From assembly GCF_001194135.2 (NCBI RefSeq), contig NC_068996.1, positions 31,915,412-31,977,534 on the forward strand: 62,123 nucleotides of DNA, read 5' to 3'. The position numbers and the translations under genes are program-made. The notes under the pieces were generated by a model, which was not told where the DNA came from, searched no databases, and saw only the letters and a program-made list of their open reading frames with translations. Shown here piece after piece: positions 36,386 to 49,700 of this stretch. Origin of the DNA: Octopus bimaculoides. Its lineage: Eukaryota. Within the stretch, counting starts at the first letter, position 1. Every line of letters begins with the position of its first letter.

Positions 36386-37387
36386 ATATATATATATATA
36401 TATANNNNNNNNNNNNNNNNNNNNNNNNNNNNNNNNNNNNNNNNNNNNNNNNNNNNNNNNNNNNNNNNNNNNNNNNNNNNNNNNNNNNNNNNNNNNNNNN
36501 NNNNNNNNNNNNNNNNNNNNNNNNNNNNNNNNNNNNNNNNNNNNNNNNNNNNNNNNNNNNNNNNNNNNNNNNNNNNNNNNNNNNNNNNNNNNNNNNNNNN
36601 NNNNNNNNNNNNNNNNNNNNNNNNNNNNNNNNNNNNNNNNNNNNNNNNNNNNNNNNNNNNNNNNNNNNNNNNNNNNNNNNNNNNNNNNNNNNNNNNNNNN
36701 NNNNNNNNNNNNNNNNNNNNNNNNNNNNNNNNNNNNNNNNNNNNNNNNNNNNNNNNNNNNNNNNNNNNNNNNNNNNNNNNNNNNNNNNNNNNNNNNNNNN
36801 NNNNNNNNNNNNNNNNNNNNNNNNNNNNNNNNNNNNNNNNNNNNNNNNNNNNNNNNNNNNNNNNNNNNNNNNNNNNNNNNNNNNNNNNNNNNNNNNNNNN
36901 NNNNNNNNNNNNNNNNNNNNNNNNNNNNNNNNNNNNNNNNNNNNNNNNNNNNNNNNNNNNNNNNNNNNNNNNNNNNNNNNNNNNNNNNNNNNNNNNNNNN
37001 NNNNNNNNNNNNNNNNNNNNNNNNNNNNNNNNNNNNNNNNNNNNNNNNNNNNNNNNNNNNNNNNNNNNNNNNNNNNNNNNNNNNNNNNNNNNNNNNNNNN
37101 NNNNNNNNNNNNNNNNNNNNNNNNNNNNNNNNNNNNNNNNNNNNNNNNNNNNNNNNNNNNNNNNNNNNNNNNNNNNNNNNNNNNNNNNNNNNNNNNNNNN
37201 NNNNNNNNNNNNNNNNNNNNNNNNNNNNNNNNNNNNNNNNNNNNNNNNNNNNNNNNNNNNNNNNNNNNNNNNNNNNNNNNNNNNNNNNNNNNNNNNNNNN
37301 NNNNNNNNNNNNNNNNNNNNNNNNNNNNNNNNNNNNNNNNNNNNNNNNNNNNNNNNNNNNNNNNNNNNNNNNNNNNNNNNNNNNNNN

Positions 37388-37967
37388 NTGCAATGGTACG
37401 CGGATGATTATCAAAAAATTGTGCTCCCGAGTTCTGTAGGCAACAATCTTGAATGAACCGGCCACTTGCTAAGACATACTTATAACTCCCATGTCCCTTA
37501 CCCACTCCGATACGACCTACAAGTTTAAACAGATGCAATTTCCTATCAAACTCTGCTTTCCCATGACAATCAACAAGGCGCAGGGACAATCAGTGCAAGC
37601 GGTTGGTTTGAATCTGACAGAGCAAGTATTTTCACACGCACAACTGTACGTTGGCTGTCCCCATGGTCTTTCTATTTGTGCACCTGAGGTAAGGACGAAG
37701 ACTGTTGTCTACCAAGAGGCACTCCAATGATAACAACGACAACTTCAACTTCTCCAATTTCAACTCCGCAATATTTTCATCGTCCTGCCAGCCCACATAA
37801 GTCCAGTCTTACTTTGCTCTTCTTACTAACTCACCATGACATTCTTTTTTTTCTACCAAGATCCGTCGCCCAAACACCACTTCATATCCACTTCTTCCTC
37901 TTTTTTATGTCTTCGTTTCTCTCTTCGCGTCGTTCACTGACCGGGTGAAACCGGGTTTAGCTGCTAG
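37388..37967 (+). mobile_element. Helitron 3' end: PIF1 helicase C-terminus, 3' hairpin and CTAG
   Basis: CNGTRMIIKKL..QFPIKLCFPMTINKAQGQS..VGLNL..VFSHAQLYV; hairpin ccgggtgaaaccggg at 37941-37955; CTAG at 37964-37967 followed by T. Confidence 0.88.
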
Positions 37968-38064
37968 TATTTATATATAAATTCATACATCTAGTGTGGA
38001 ATTGTCCCAGCATTGTCACGTCTATAGATCGAAGCAAGTAAAAGATAAAACATACATACCATTT

Positions 38065-38280
38065 ATCTGTTACTTGTTTCAGTCATTAGATGCGGCCATG
38101 ATGGGACACCACTTTGAAATGATTTTAGTTGAAGAGATCGAACACAGTATTTATTTTCTAACTTGTACTCATTCTAACGGTGTCTTCGCTGAACCCCTAG
38201 TTATGGGGGTGTAAACAAATCAACACCGGTCGTCAAATGGTGGTAGGGGACAAAGACAGACGCAAAGACATGCATACGCA
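38065..38280 (-). mobile_element. SINE family A 3' half
   Basis: ttacttgtttcagtcattagatgcggccatg...gtcaaatggtggtaggggacaaag. Confidence 0.78.
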
Positions 38281-39254
38281 TATTTATATGTATGTATGCA
38301 TGTATGTATGTATGCATGTATGTATGTATGTATGTATAATAGTTTCTCCCGTTAAAAACGACGTATGAGCGTTCAGGAATGAGGAAAGAAGCTGGAAGTA
38401 TTAAAAAGAAGGTAACATTCTGACAAATGACCCGCTGAACTGGAAGGTCACAAGCTACAAACACAAGAATGGCAAACTCACAAAAACACACTATCCACAG
38501 ATAAAAATCCGATAATATAGTTAGTTTATTTTTCATTTTATACAGTTTAACTATGTGCAGATACGAATTCTACAATATAGTTAATTTGTTTTCATTATTT
38601 ATATTTATAATATATAGAAAGAATTTTATTTAATTTGCGTAAGTATTTTCAGTTTTGAAGGTGTTTTACACAATCGATTACAGGTTGTACATGTCAGATT
38701 TACCTTACTTCGAACAGCATGAGCGACGGAAATGACTGGATATGCCAGCATCTNNNNNNNNNNNNNNNNNNNNNNNNNNNNNNNNNNNNNNNNNNNNNNN
38801 NNNNNNNNNNNNNNNNNNNNNNNNNNNNNNNNNNNNNNNNNNNNNNNNNNNNNNNNNNNNNNNNNNNNNNNNNNNNNNNNNNNNNNNNNNNNNNNNNNNN
38901 NNNNNNNNNNNNNNNNNNNNNNNNNNNNNNNNNNNNNNNNNNNNNNNNNNNNNNNNNNNNNNNNNNNNNNNNNNNNNNNNNNNNNNNNNNNNNNNNNNNN
39001 NNNNNNNNNNNNNNNNNNNNNNNNNNNNNNNNNNNNNNNNNNNNNNNNNNNNNNNNNNNNNNNNNNNNNNNNNNNNNNNNNNNNNNNNNNNNNNNNNNNN
39101 NNNNNNNNNNNNNNNNNNNNNNNNNNNNNNNNNNNNNNNNNNNNNNNNNNNNNNNNNNNNNNNNNNNNNNNNATTCGCAAATACAGTGACAAAATATCAC
39201 TGTTCCACACTCTATCATCCTTTGCATATTTGCGTGTATATCTCTTTATCTCCC

Positions 39255-39428
39255 TACCTCTCTCTCTCCTTCTGCTTCCTCCCTCTCCCCCTGCTCTCTC
39301 TCTCTCCCTCTGCTCTCTCTCTTTCCCTCTGCTCTCTCTCTCCCTCTGCTCTCTCTCTCTCTCTCTCTCCCTCTGCTCTCTCTCTCTCCCTCTTTCTCTC
39401 TCTGTACACACACACACACACACACACA
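39255..39428. repeat. (CT)n and (CA)n compound microsatellite
   Basis: Direct reading. Confidence 0.92.
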
Positions 39429-39429
39429 T

Positions 39430-39590
39430 GACTTGTTTCCACACAGTTTACAAAATTCATTCACAAGGCACTGGTTGGCACGGAGTTACAGCAGAATACA
39501 CTTGCCTAAGGTGCTGCGAAGTGAGTCTGAACCCGAAGGGGCGTCATTGCAAGCGAGCTTCTTAACCACACTTTCGCCTGTAGTACGCGT
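39430..39590 (-). mobile_element. SINE family A 5' half, diverged
   Basis: ttcacaaggcactggttggc..acacttgcctaaggtgctgcg..tgaacccg..cttcttaaccacac. Confidence 0.7.
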
Positions 39591-40404
39591 ATGTAGGTGT
39601 GCATGTGTCGATTTTGTAAATGAAAGTCTCTTGCCGACTGTAGAAGAGGGGGAGGTTCTCATGATGTACTACATGAAATATAAATAAAACTGCTATCAAG
39701 AAGAAAAGTCATGGCCCATAACGCCCAATTAGTGAAGGAAATGAAGGGAAAAGCAATAAATGCTATATTTCTAGTTGCCTTGTTCTTGTCAAATCTAATA
39801 TATAAGCACACTAAGCCAGAATTAGTTCACTTGCGCACCAGAATCGCCTCCAGACTACGAGGCATTACAAGTCTACATTACAAACACGCTTAGGAAGTGA
39901 CAAATTGACCTATCCCCTGATGCATATTTATTTAACACGAAATAAATACAAACTTCTCTGACATTATTTTTAAGAAACATCAGACAGAAAAGAGAAGGAA
40001 TAATTTTATTGCTGTTTCAAATCCTATTCTATGAAAAAAAGAACAAGAAAAATTATTGAAATATATAGGCCAGTAAATAGAATCATTCAGATTGACGGAG
40101 TTAAAACAAAATAAAAATAAACTATTCACTAGTAATAATAAAAAGAGACAAACATTCATTTAACCAGGAATCGAAGACTAACAAAGATATTCAAAATATA
40201 CAAAAACTATCGTTAAGACATACTGTATACGTATTATATAGAGATAAAATGAAAACATATTGCACATTCCCAAGACAGACATTGAACTGTGCACTGTTTA
40301 CTGAATGTAAGCAGCAACTGAAAAAAAAATGGACATCGTAAACAAATAAAGACAGCAACAACAATTATTGGATTGCAGAAGCGATAAAGTGCCGGGAAAT
40401 ATTC

Positions 40405-40480
40405 CTTCCTTCACATTCTAAGTTCAAATCTTGCTCAGATCGATTATTTTTCATCCTTCTGAGGCTAAAAATTAAATACT
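40405..40480 (+). mobile_element. SINE family B fragment
   Basis: cattctaagttcaaatcttgctcagatcga..ttcatccttctgagg..aattaaatactag. Confidence 0.4.
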
Positions 40481-41670
40481 AGAACACTCTAAAGTTATTT
40501 AATTGGTCATAGTCTTCCCACAAACCGTGTGATCTTCCGAACGAAATTGTATTTATTTCTCTTAAGATACATTGGCAAAAATAATTACGTTGTGGCTGTT
40601 ACAGCATTGTTTTATGTCATGGTTGCTTAGTTCTAGGTCAGTCTTGACTGAGCAGGTCTGTTGTAAAACAACGCTCTAACTGTGACTATCACGTCTTTTT
40701 TAGGCGTAAGCATCGGATTTAAAGAAAATTTGGCTATTATTTCGAGCTGGTCTACGAATGATTCCCTTGTTTTTTTTTTTTGGAGCATTGAGTTTTAGGT
40801 GATCGTTCAGAATATATACCTCGTAATCTATGTTATACTATTTAGAGGGGTTTGTGAAAAATAGCTATTGTGTGGATTGTATTTGAGTATTGAGTGATGA
40901 TGATTTTGAATGTCCAGTATACATCATCTTAAATAATAATATATACATTAAAATACTGGGCGATATTTTATACAATAAACACTGTGTAAGATGTCTTATA
41001 ATAATCGGGATGAGATCGTGTAGAATATTTGTGTATCTAGTGTTACTGAATGCCACATACTCTGTGATTAGTGTTGCAGTATCCGACTTTGATTGTGTAG
41101 AATATACACAGTGCACGTAATTGTGAGATGATTCTGTACAATATACATAGCGGGTGCCATATCATCATTTGCAGGCGATTGGGTAGATTATGTCTTATAG
41201 TACTGAGTTATGTTGTGTACCATATATCTTCTATTGTAGCCTTTGTAGATGCTTATTAGAGCATATGTTTCTCTTTAACTACATGGTGAATAAATATATA
41301 TATAAAAGAAAGCAGATCGCCAGCAGATCGCGAAGAAGCTATACAGTATATCTTATGTTGAGTTTTTAGATTAAGTTGGGTTTCATAAAATACATATCAT
41401 GTGCTATTTTTCCACGCTCCTCTTTCATTTAACCAAGATATAAACATATTTATAAAACTCTTAGCAATCGTTCGGCTATTTTTGCTGTGATTAAGGAAGG
41501 TGTGAGGTACGGGGTGAGTGACACTGAACTTGAATTAGAGGGATAAGATTAAGTTAAAGAATCTAAATTTGGAATTTCCAAACAGTGGGCGGAACTTGAT
41601 AAAAGGTGACATTTGGCAGACACTGCATACATACGAACGTGAATACATATACAGACACGCGAATAGATAT

Positions 41671-41877
41671 ACTCTTTTACTTGTTTCAGTCATTTGACTG
41701 CGGCCATGCTGGAGCACCGCCTTTAGTCGAGCAAATCGAACCCCAGGACTTATTCTTTGTAAGCTTAGTACTTATTCTATCGGTCTCTTTTGCCGAACCG
41801 CTAGTATACGGGGATGTAAACACACCAGCATCGGTTGTCAAGCGATGTTGGGGGGATAAACACAAACATATACACAC

Positions 41878-41966
<89 letters not shown>

Positions 41967-42299
41967 NNNNNNNNNNNNNNNNNNNNNNNNNNNNNNNNNN
42001 NNNNNNNNNNNNNNNNNNNNNNNNNNNNNNNNNNNNNNNNNNNNNNNNNNNNNNNNNNNNNNNNNNNNNNNNNNNNNNNNNNNNNNNNNNNNNNNNNNNN
42101 NNNNNNNNNNNNNNNATATATATATATATATATATACGACGGGCTTCTTTCAGTTTCCGTCTACCAAATCCACTCACAAGACTTTGGTCGGCCCGAGGCT
42201 ATGGTAGGAGACACTTGCCCAAAGTGCTACGCAGTGGGACTGAACCTGGAACCATGAGGCTGGTAAGCAAGCTACTTACCACACAGCCACTCCTGCGCC
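41671..42299 (-). mobile_element. SINE family A, full length, with expanded internal microsatellite (contains gap)
   Basis: Head GGCGCAGGAGTGGCTGTGTGGTAAG; body nearly identical to 14612-15029. Confidence 0.93.
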
Positions 42300-42439
42300 G
42301 GTAACATTTAGAACACTGAAGAAGGAAAAGGAAAGTGGGTGTGAGGAATACGTAGCTTTATGGGGAGAAGGAGTAAGTTGACAACAGTTGTTCACATGCA
42401 GCGTTTTTGCTGTACATCACAAAGAAACACTCACACGCA

Positions 42440-42685
42440 CATACGCATGCATACATATATACATGCATGCATACATACATACACATATATATTCATACAT
42501 GAATACGTACATCCATCTATCCATCCATACATACATATATTCATGCATGTATGTGTATATACATATATGCATGCACACATATAAAGATACATTCGTGCAG
42601 GCCTACATACATAGATACATACATACATACATACATATATGCCTACATACATACATACATACATACATACATACACAACATACAT
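42440..42685. repeat. Degenerate (TACA)n tract
   Basis: Direct reading. Confidence 0.9.
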
Positions 42686-42691
42686 ATATGT

Positions 42692-43066
42692 GGAGGCGTA
42701 ATGGACCAGGGGTTAGGACAGCTGACTCGCGGTCGTAGGATCGCGGTTTCGAATCCCGGACCGAGCGTTGTGAATGTTTATTGAGCAAAAACACCTAAAA
42801 CTCCACGAGGCTCCGGCAAGAGGTTGTTGGGATCCCTGCTGCCCTCTTTCACCACAACTTTCTCTCTTTCTTCCTGTTTCTGTGGTACCTGTGTTTCAAA
42901 GGGCCAGCCTTGTCACATTCTGTGTCACGCTGAATATCCCAGAGAACTACGTTAAGTGAACACGTGTCTGTGGAGTGCTCAGCCACTTGCACGTTAATTT
43001 CACAAGCAGGCTGTTCCGTTGATCGGATCAACTGGAACCCTCGACGTCGTAACAGACGAAGTGCCA
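42692..43066 (+). mobile_element. tRNA-headed SINE (family C), about 375 bp
   Basis: A-box-like TGGACCAGGGGTTAGG and B-box-like GTTTCGAATCCC, followed by about 300 bp of non-tRNA body ending gacgaagtgcca. Confidence 0.8.
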
Positions 43067-43495
43067 CATATATGTAACTATAAAACACTGATAAAAGGTC
43101 GGGGGTATTTTAGAGTTAAAAGCAATGGGTGCTTAAGAAGTTGATGTGTAGTGGTAGGGGACTGGTAAGTTTATATAAGCAGTCGTTCAGATCGCTGCGT
43201 TTACACTCACTCAACACGTCACCACTCTCTCCGTTCTTTTTCTTCCTTTCACCGTCTTTCTCTCCTTTTTGTTATGTTAAAAAAGCAGGCGCAATCGTTC
43301 GAGATAACTGAAATNNNNNNNNNNNNNNNNNNNNNNNNNNNNNNNNNNNNNNNNNNNNNNNNNNNNNNNNNNNNNNNNNNNNNNNNNNNNNNNNNNNNNN
43401 NNNNNNNNNNNNNNNNNNNNNNNNNNNNNNNNNNNNNNNNNNNNNNNNNNNNNNNNNNNNNNNNNNNNNNNNNNNNNNNNNNNNNNNNNNNNNNN

Positions 43496-43544
<49 letters not shown>

Positions 43545-44573
43545 ATATGTAAGAAAATATGACAGTCTGTGTAATTGCTCTATCTGCTAGATATAAAAGC
43601 CAAACTTCCCACAATGTGACACGCTAGCATTTTAAAAACGAGAGAACATATTGAACAAGACTGCAAAATACTCACACACACACGTGAAGCGTATTATAGA
43701 AGATTCCGTTTTTCTCTTCCAGCTGTCTCTGTATTCACAATGCTCCTGCCTATTTTTCTATTTGCGTCGCATTCTCTTTCACTGTACGTCCCCCTTTGTC
43801 GTTCCTCTCACTCTTTCCTTCTGTCTCCCCGCTCTCCCTCTCTCTCACATTTAGCTATTTGACAGACGTTTACACCGAAATTATCTGGAAACAACCAAAG
43901 TATCCCTTTCACCAGTTGTAAGCAGACGATAGTTTTGTAAACTGCGCCGATTGCTTAGAATCATCTCACTTTCGCTTGATCACCATTAATCACCGTACTC
44001 TTCCCAAGTAAGACGTCAAAAGTCAGCACTGGAGGTGAAGTACCTTGTTAGATTCATAAAAAATAATTCTTCATTACAAATAAAATAATCCTTAACTAGT
44101 AGTTTAAAAACAAACAGCTTTCTAAAAAGAAAACTGGTTTTGTGAGACCCTTCGGTATTGACAAATCACAAAACTCTTCGACAAGCCATACAGCGTATTT
44201 GCAATAATTGAAAGCATTTTAATTTTTTTTATTCCTAACAACACTATGCAAGAATATCCAACATACATGAGTAGGGATGGAATATTTGATGCTAATGTTA
44301 AATTTGTTGCCATTAGTGAATTGTACAAAGTTGCCATTCAGGGCCATCGCAAAATTGAGGATAGAATTATTCTCTTTCTGTTCACCGTACATAGTTGAAT
44401 GCTTACAGAAAGTGACATATCTGTATTATATAGTGATCAAGGTGACAACGGCTACTACGATGCTCTTTTTCTCATAAACAATCATGATGAGTATAAGAGA
44501 AAAGAAAAGGGATAAGAAACATCACAAGATAATTTTAAAAAGTAAGGAAAAATATAAGAAGTCAATAAATAAC

Positions 44574-46482
44574 GGTGCTAGGACAATTCATCCCCGGTTA
44601 TTTCGTCGTCTGTTAATTTGTCCCTGGTTAATTCGTCGTTCGTCAATTCATCCCCACGTGAATTCGTCACTGGCCAATTCTCCCAAAATACTCTTAAATG
44701 TTTAGAGGGTAAGTTTAGAACAATCACTTTAGAATTAAAATTGTGGTTGGACAGTTTTAGATATTTCCTTTCCCTTTCTTTAACCTCCCCCCTCTCTCTC
44801 TCTCTTAAGTATCTGTGCTTAACAGTTTCCGAACAAATCGAATTAAATCGAATTAAATTTATTCAATACGCCTACCGATCAACTTGAGTACCTGCGAGAT
44901 CATAACTTCTGAGAAAGGAAAAAATCAAAGTGGTCGATCAAGAAAATTATATATACACAAAAATTAAGCAGAGTGCAGATGGATTGAAGATATACTAGAG
45001 GTGCAAAAATCGTGTATGCAAGGCGAGACTTCATACAGATGAAAATCATAAAGAGCTTAAGAAGATTGGGAGCCATAATCTCGCTTCAGCTGCTGCAGAG
45101 GTAAATGCAAGGATAATAGTTTCAAATATTAAGGTAAAGTCTATTTCATCTCACGATGTCCCTCGCTCAGTTATCGCTAGTGAGGATCAGAATTTAAACG
45201 ACTATACATTGTCGCAAATAGCTCCGTTTGCACAGCTTAATAGGAATATTAGATGTTGGAGGCAAACTGATTCCAACTATCCTGCCACCCTTACTTACAA
45301 ATGTTGGGTTTTCCATTCCAAGTGAATACTCTTACCTTGAGAAGGATGAAACGTTTTTACAGTGTGACAGGGGACTGGAAGATTCAAAATGAACACTAAT
45401 ATTTGCAAGTGACAAAGCACTTCGACAGTTAAAACAGCACAAGAATTGGGCGGCAGATGGAATATATAAGTGCTGCTGTAGTATATTTTTTTAGTTATAT
45501 ATACCTCACGCTCAAATTGATAATTTTAATGTCCCACGATTGTTCGCATTGCACTCTGACAAAAATCATGACACATATAGTAGACTTTTTGCCAAAATAA
45601 ACGAATTACTGTAGAATGAGGGACCTGATAATATAATTATGGATTTCGAAAAAGCATCCTATAACGAATTTCTGGAATCGTTTCCTGGGTCGAATTTTCC
45701 ATGCTGCTTGTTTCATTTAGAGTAAGATATATACAAGTATGTTGTGCAAGAAGGACTAAAATGCAGATATCACAAAGATGACGGTTTTAGTCTAAAAATG
45801 CGGTGTTTTGTTGCCCTTGCCTTCCTCCCGGTTGATGATGTTGTAGATGGATATGAACAACTTGCTGATGATGATGATATTCCACAGTCAGTTGTATCCG
45901 ATTTTGAAAATAATTATATAAGACAACTTAGAGGAAGAAGACAGAGCAGGCAACGCCTTGAACCTCCATTTCCATTATCTATACGAAATGTTTGGGATCG
46001 ATGCATGACGGGGATTGCTCGTACTACAAATAGTTTAGAAGCTTACTACAGCACGCTAAAAAACACAGTGAATATTGATCATCAAAATATTTGGAAACTT
46101 ATTGGTGTGATTAAATGTGGGGAAAGGTTTGTCCGTACCCTATTGCAGAAGCTTATGCGAGAAGAATCAATCCAAAAGAAAAAAATACAGAGATATGAAC
46201 CTGCGTATAAAAAAATGTCACGGAAAAATATGACCTAAATCCAAAAATTATTTTTCTAAAAGTAATTGCACACAGTCTTAAATTTTACGAAAAAATAATT
46301 ATGTAATACAACAAAACTTAAAATAAACGTTTTTTAATTCATATATTCGTTCTTCCATTTTTCCTATTATCTCGACGAATTGACTGACGACGAATTAACC
46401 TGGGGACGAATTGTCCAATGACAAATTAACTGAGGACAAATTAAACGACGACAAATTGCCGTCGATGAATTGACTGGACACC
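44574..46482 (+). mobile_element. Mutator-like (MULE, Phantom-type) DNA transposon, both ends present, 1909 bp
   Basis: Imperfect TIRs of about 110 bp built from about 15-bp units (ggacaattc.tcccc-like), both starting GGTG. 9-bp TSD ataaataac (44565-44573) / atagataac (46483-46491). Confidence 0.9.
44905..46270 (+). pseudogene. FLYWCH + MULE DDE transposase, disrupted
   Basis: IY*RCKNRVCKARLHT..HN (FLYWCH); LIFASD..WAADG; TYSRLF; IIMDFEKA..CLFHL; FVALAFLP; RTTNSLEAYYS. Several stops and frameshifts. Confidence 0.88.
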
Positions 46483-46779
46483 ATAGATAACAATGCATAA
46501 TAGTATTACTATATTAGAAAATGTAAAAAATAAAAGAAAAGAAAAGATGAGGCAATATGAGAGGAAAAGAAGAGAACGTTAAAGCGATAACGATGGGAAA
46601 ATAAGATTGTAGAGAAACAAGGAAATTTATAGAAAATAAGGAAGACAAAGAAATAAGATTAAATTAAAAACGGATAGTGAAATATATATTATTGGTAGAG
46701 TACTAGAGAGTAACAAAGACTGGAAATTTCGATTACAAAAGTTTTCCAGAAACAATTTACAGAAAAAGTATGGACGAAT

Positions 46780-49700
46780 GTAATGGCCGTGCACAATTTT
46801 TAATTATGATCCTAATCATGATTATGCATCTAAAAAGTAATGTCCCTAGGATATATGAGAATATATGTGATAAGTATGGTGCTAGAAAGTGGGGCAAAAA
46901 ATCATTAGGTATGTGTTATTCAAAGGGTAATATCCATTTACTTATAACTGAGCCACCACAACCTATACGGGGTCTTGGGTACTACTTCAGAATCGAAATA
47001 TCTTCTTAAAAACATTCGTGCATACGATTGTACTTTGCAGATGAAGTGTTTTGAGGCAAAATTTATTCGGGAAAGTGAGTTTACGCCGACTTTCAAATTA
47101 CAGGGGAAAATTTATCACAGAATTGGCTCACTTAAGCCTTTACAAAATGAAAAGCTACAACTTTTACAGATCTATTTCATAAGTGACATTCAAAAAGTAT
47201 CAGAATGTCGCAACAAGAACTGATTAAGTATGAGGCTAGAACTTATTTCCTCTCGATTTAATGAAGTGCCATTTAGTATGACTGACAAAGAATGTTACAA
47301 GCAAGATATTGTTTTGAAGTGAAATGACAATAACATCAAATTCATGAATGAAACTCATCATTCATACGATACTTTACAATACCTCTCGCTTTTCGTCAAT
47401 GGAGAAGGCGGATGGATACCACTTTGGTATACTACAAATTGGTGGGATCACTTCCAAGGAACTGTATCCTGTATGGATTATTATGTTTATCGACTGATGA
47501 TGCGAAGTAATTCATTTAATCATCTTCATTACTGTCAAGATCTATTTCACTAGTATGTTGTTGATGTGTGCCAAGAGAGAGTTGCAGAGATTGTATTACA
47601 TTAAATCGCGTCAAAAAGAACTACGTTCAGAATCATACATGCATTTACAAGATAACGTTAATAACGATATTGCAGGGTCAGAGCTTGGAAAACTTTGTAT
47701 CCTTCCTTCCAGTTTTACATGAAACGGAAGATATATGTATGAACGACGCAATATGCTATGATTTATGTACGTAATTAAGGAAGTACTGATTTTTTCATCA
47801 CTTACACTTTCAATCGTAAATGGGACAGAATCAAAACAGAGCTTCTTCCACGACGGTTCTACACCAGTAGACAAGATCTAATTACAAGAGTTTTTCATTT
47901 CAACATTTCCAAATTGATAACCCCTATAACGAAGTTTTACATATTTCGACCTGTACGGTGCTTACATATGCGCACTTGAATAACAAGAAAGAGGCCTGCT
48001 CTTGCACATATCTGGCTTTTGGAGAAAATTCGTAGTAATGAGATTGATTCCATATCAACGGATATTCCAAAGCCCACAAAAGACTAAGAACTTCATGAAA
48101 TTGTAAAATTGAATATGGTTCATGGTCCATGTGGTTACTTCAACCCAACTGCACCTTTCGTAAAAGAGAAAAGGTGTATATTATATAATACTAAAAATTT
48201 TATTAAACAAACACAGGGGACGATAGATATTCATCATACAAATAAATGTCACACAACACGATTTTGAGATAAAAAATTGGCCAGCATGTAATTGGTAACC
48301 AACTGAAAGTGCCTTATTGGCCTCTTTTGACTAAGACATACAATACTCACATAAATGTAGAATACCGAAATTCTATAAAGATGATTAAATACATTTGTAA
48401 ATATCTTAACCACAGTTATGATACTGCAATGTTCACTCTACAACAAACATTTCAAGATGAAGCCACACAGTTCCATGTAGGGTCGTATATTTATAGCGAT
48501 GAGGCTGTTTAGAAAATATTTGGCTTTCCTATTCCTGGACGATACCCCCCAGTAGATCAACAGTCTGTTCATTTAGAGATTGCTCAAAGAATGTATTTTA
48601 CTGCAGAAACTGCTGCTCAACAGTTCCTCGCTCCAAGGGAAATTACATTAACTGCATTTTTCAAACTTTGCAGAAAAGTTCTTTTACTAAAACCCTATTG
48701 TACTATCAATCACCCACGTATTATACATGGAACAAATAAACAATGGATTCAGAGAAAAAGAGGCGCTGAGGTTGACAGTTAACCTGATATGCAATATAGT
48801 GTTCTAGGAAGAGTTTATACTGCTTCTTCATAAAATCTGTGATCTCACATCCTTTCTTGACATTTGAACCGTTGATGGTCATGTTTGTGCTTATATAGAG
48901 AAGCATCTTTTAGATTAGGGTTACTACAAGGTGATAGTCATTGGATGACAGCTATGTCGAGGCTTCTGTCTTATACAGAGGTAATTTTAAAAGCTCTGTC
49001 ATTTTGATTAAAAGCTGTAACCTAGGGGATCCATACGGCCAAAATACAAAAAATAAACATCTGGCAGAATATTATAAAAGTACAGTTATTTGCAATGTCC
49101 TGGCAAGACTAGAGAATACACTGATGAAATCTACACTACAGCATTAATTGCCACGAAGATAAGCTTATTTATATGAAAGGAAATAAACTGCATGGGCATT
49201 GCCTTCCTCAAACCAATTGTTCTGAAGTTAATAGTTTTACTGCAAAAACTATTAAAAGACACTTCTAGCATTGAAAATCTGTGGAAATATGTTCGTGAAA
49301 ACGAACCAAAATTGTTACATGAACAAAAATAGTATTTTATAATGTTTGTTCGGTTTTTATAGAAAAGGTGAATATTTTTTCTTCATATTCCGACGGGAAG
49401 TGGCAAAGCATTTGTCAGCTCTCGTTTAAACTGTCACTAGCCAAAGTTTGACATCAGAAAAAAATAGCTTTGGCTGTTGCTCCTTCAGGTATTGTTGCTG
49501 CGCTACGTCCGGGAGGAAGAACAGGTCATTCTACTTTCAGATTGCCCTTATATTTATCTAAGAACAATGTACCAGTGTGTAATGTAAACATCTTGGATGG
49601 AACAACTACTAAAGAGGTAAAATGGTAAACCAGAAATCTTTGGGAGCTGCAAAACTGGTGCTAAAAAAAGAATTAACACTTCATGTTATTCAGACCACTG

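Noticed and set aside
42692-42765. Possible tRNA gene
   Set aside because: A and B boxes are present but I cannot fold a complete cloverleaf, and it continues into a SINE body.
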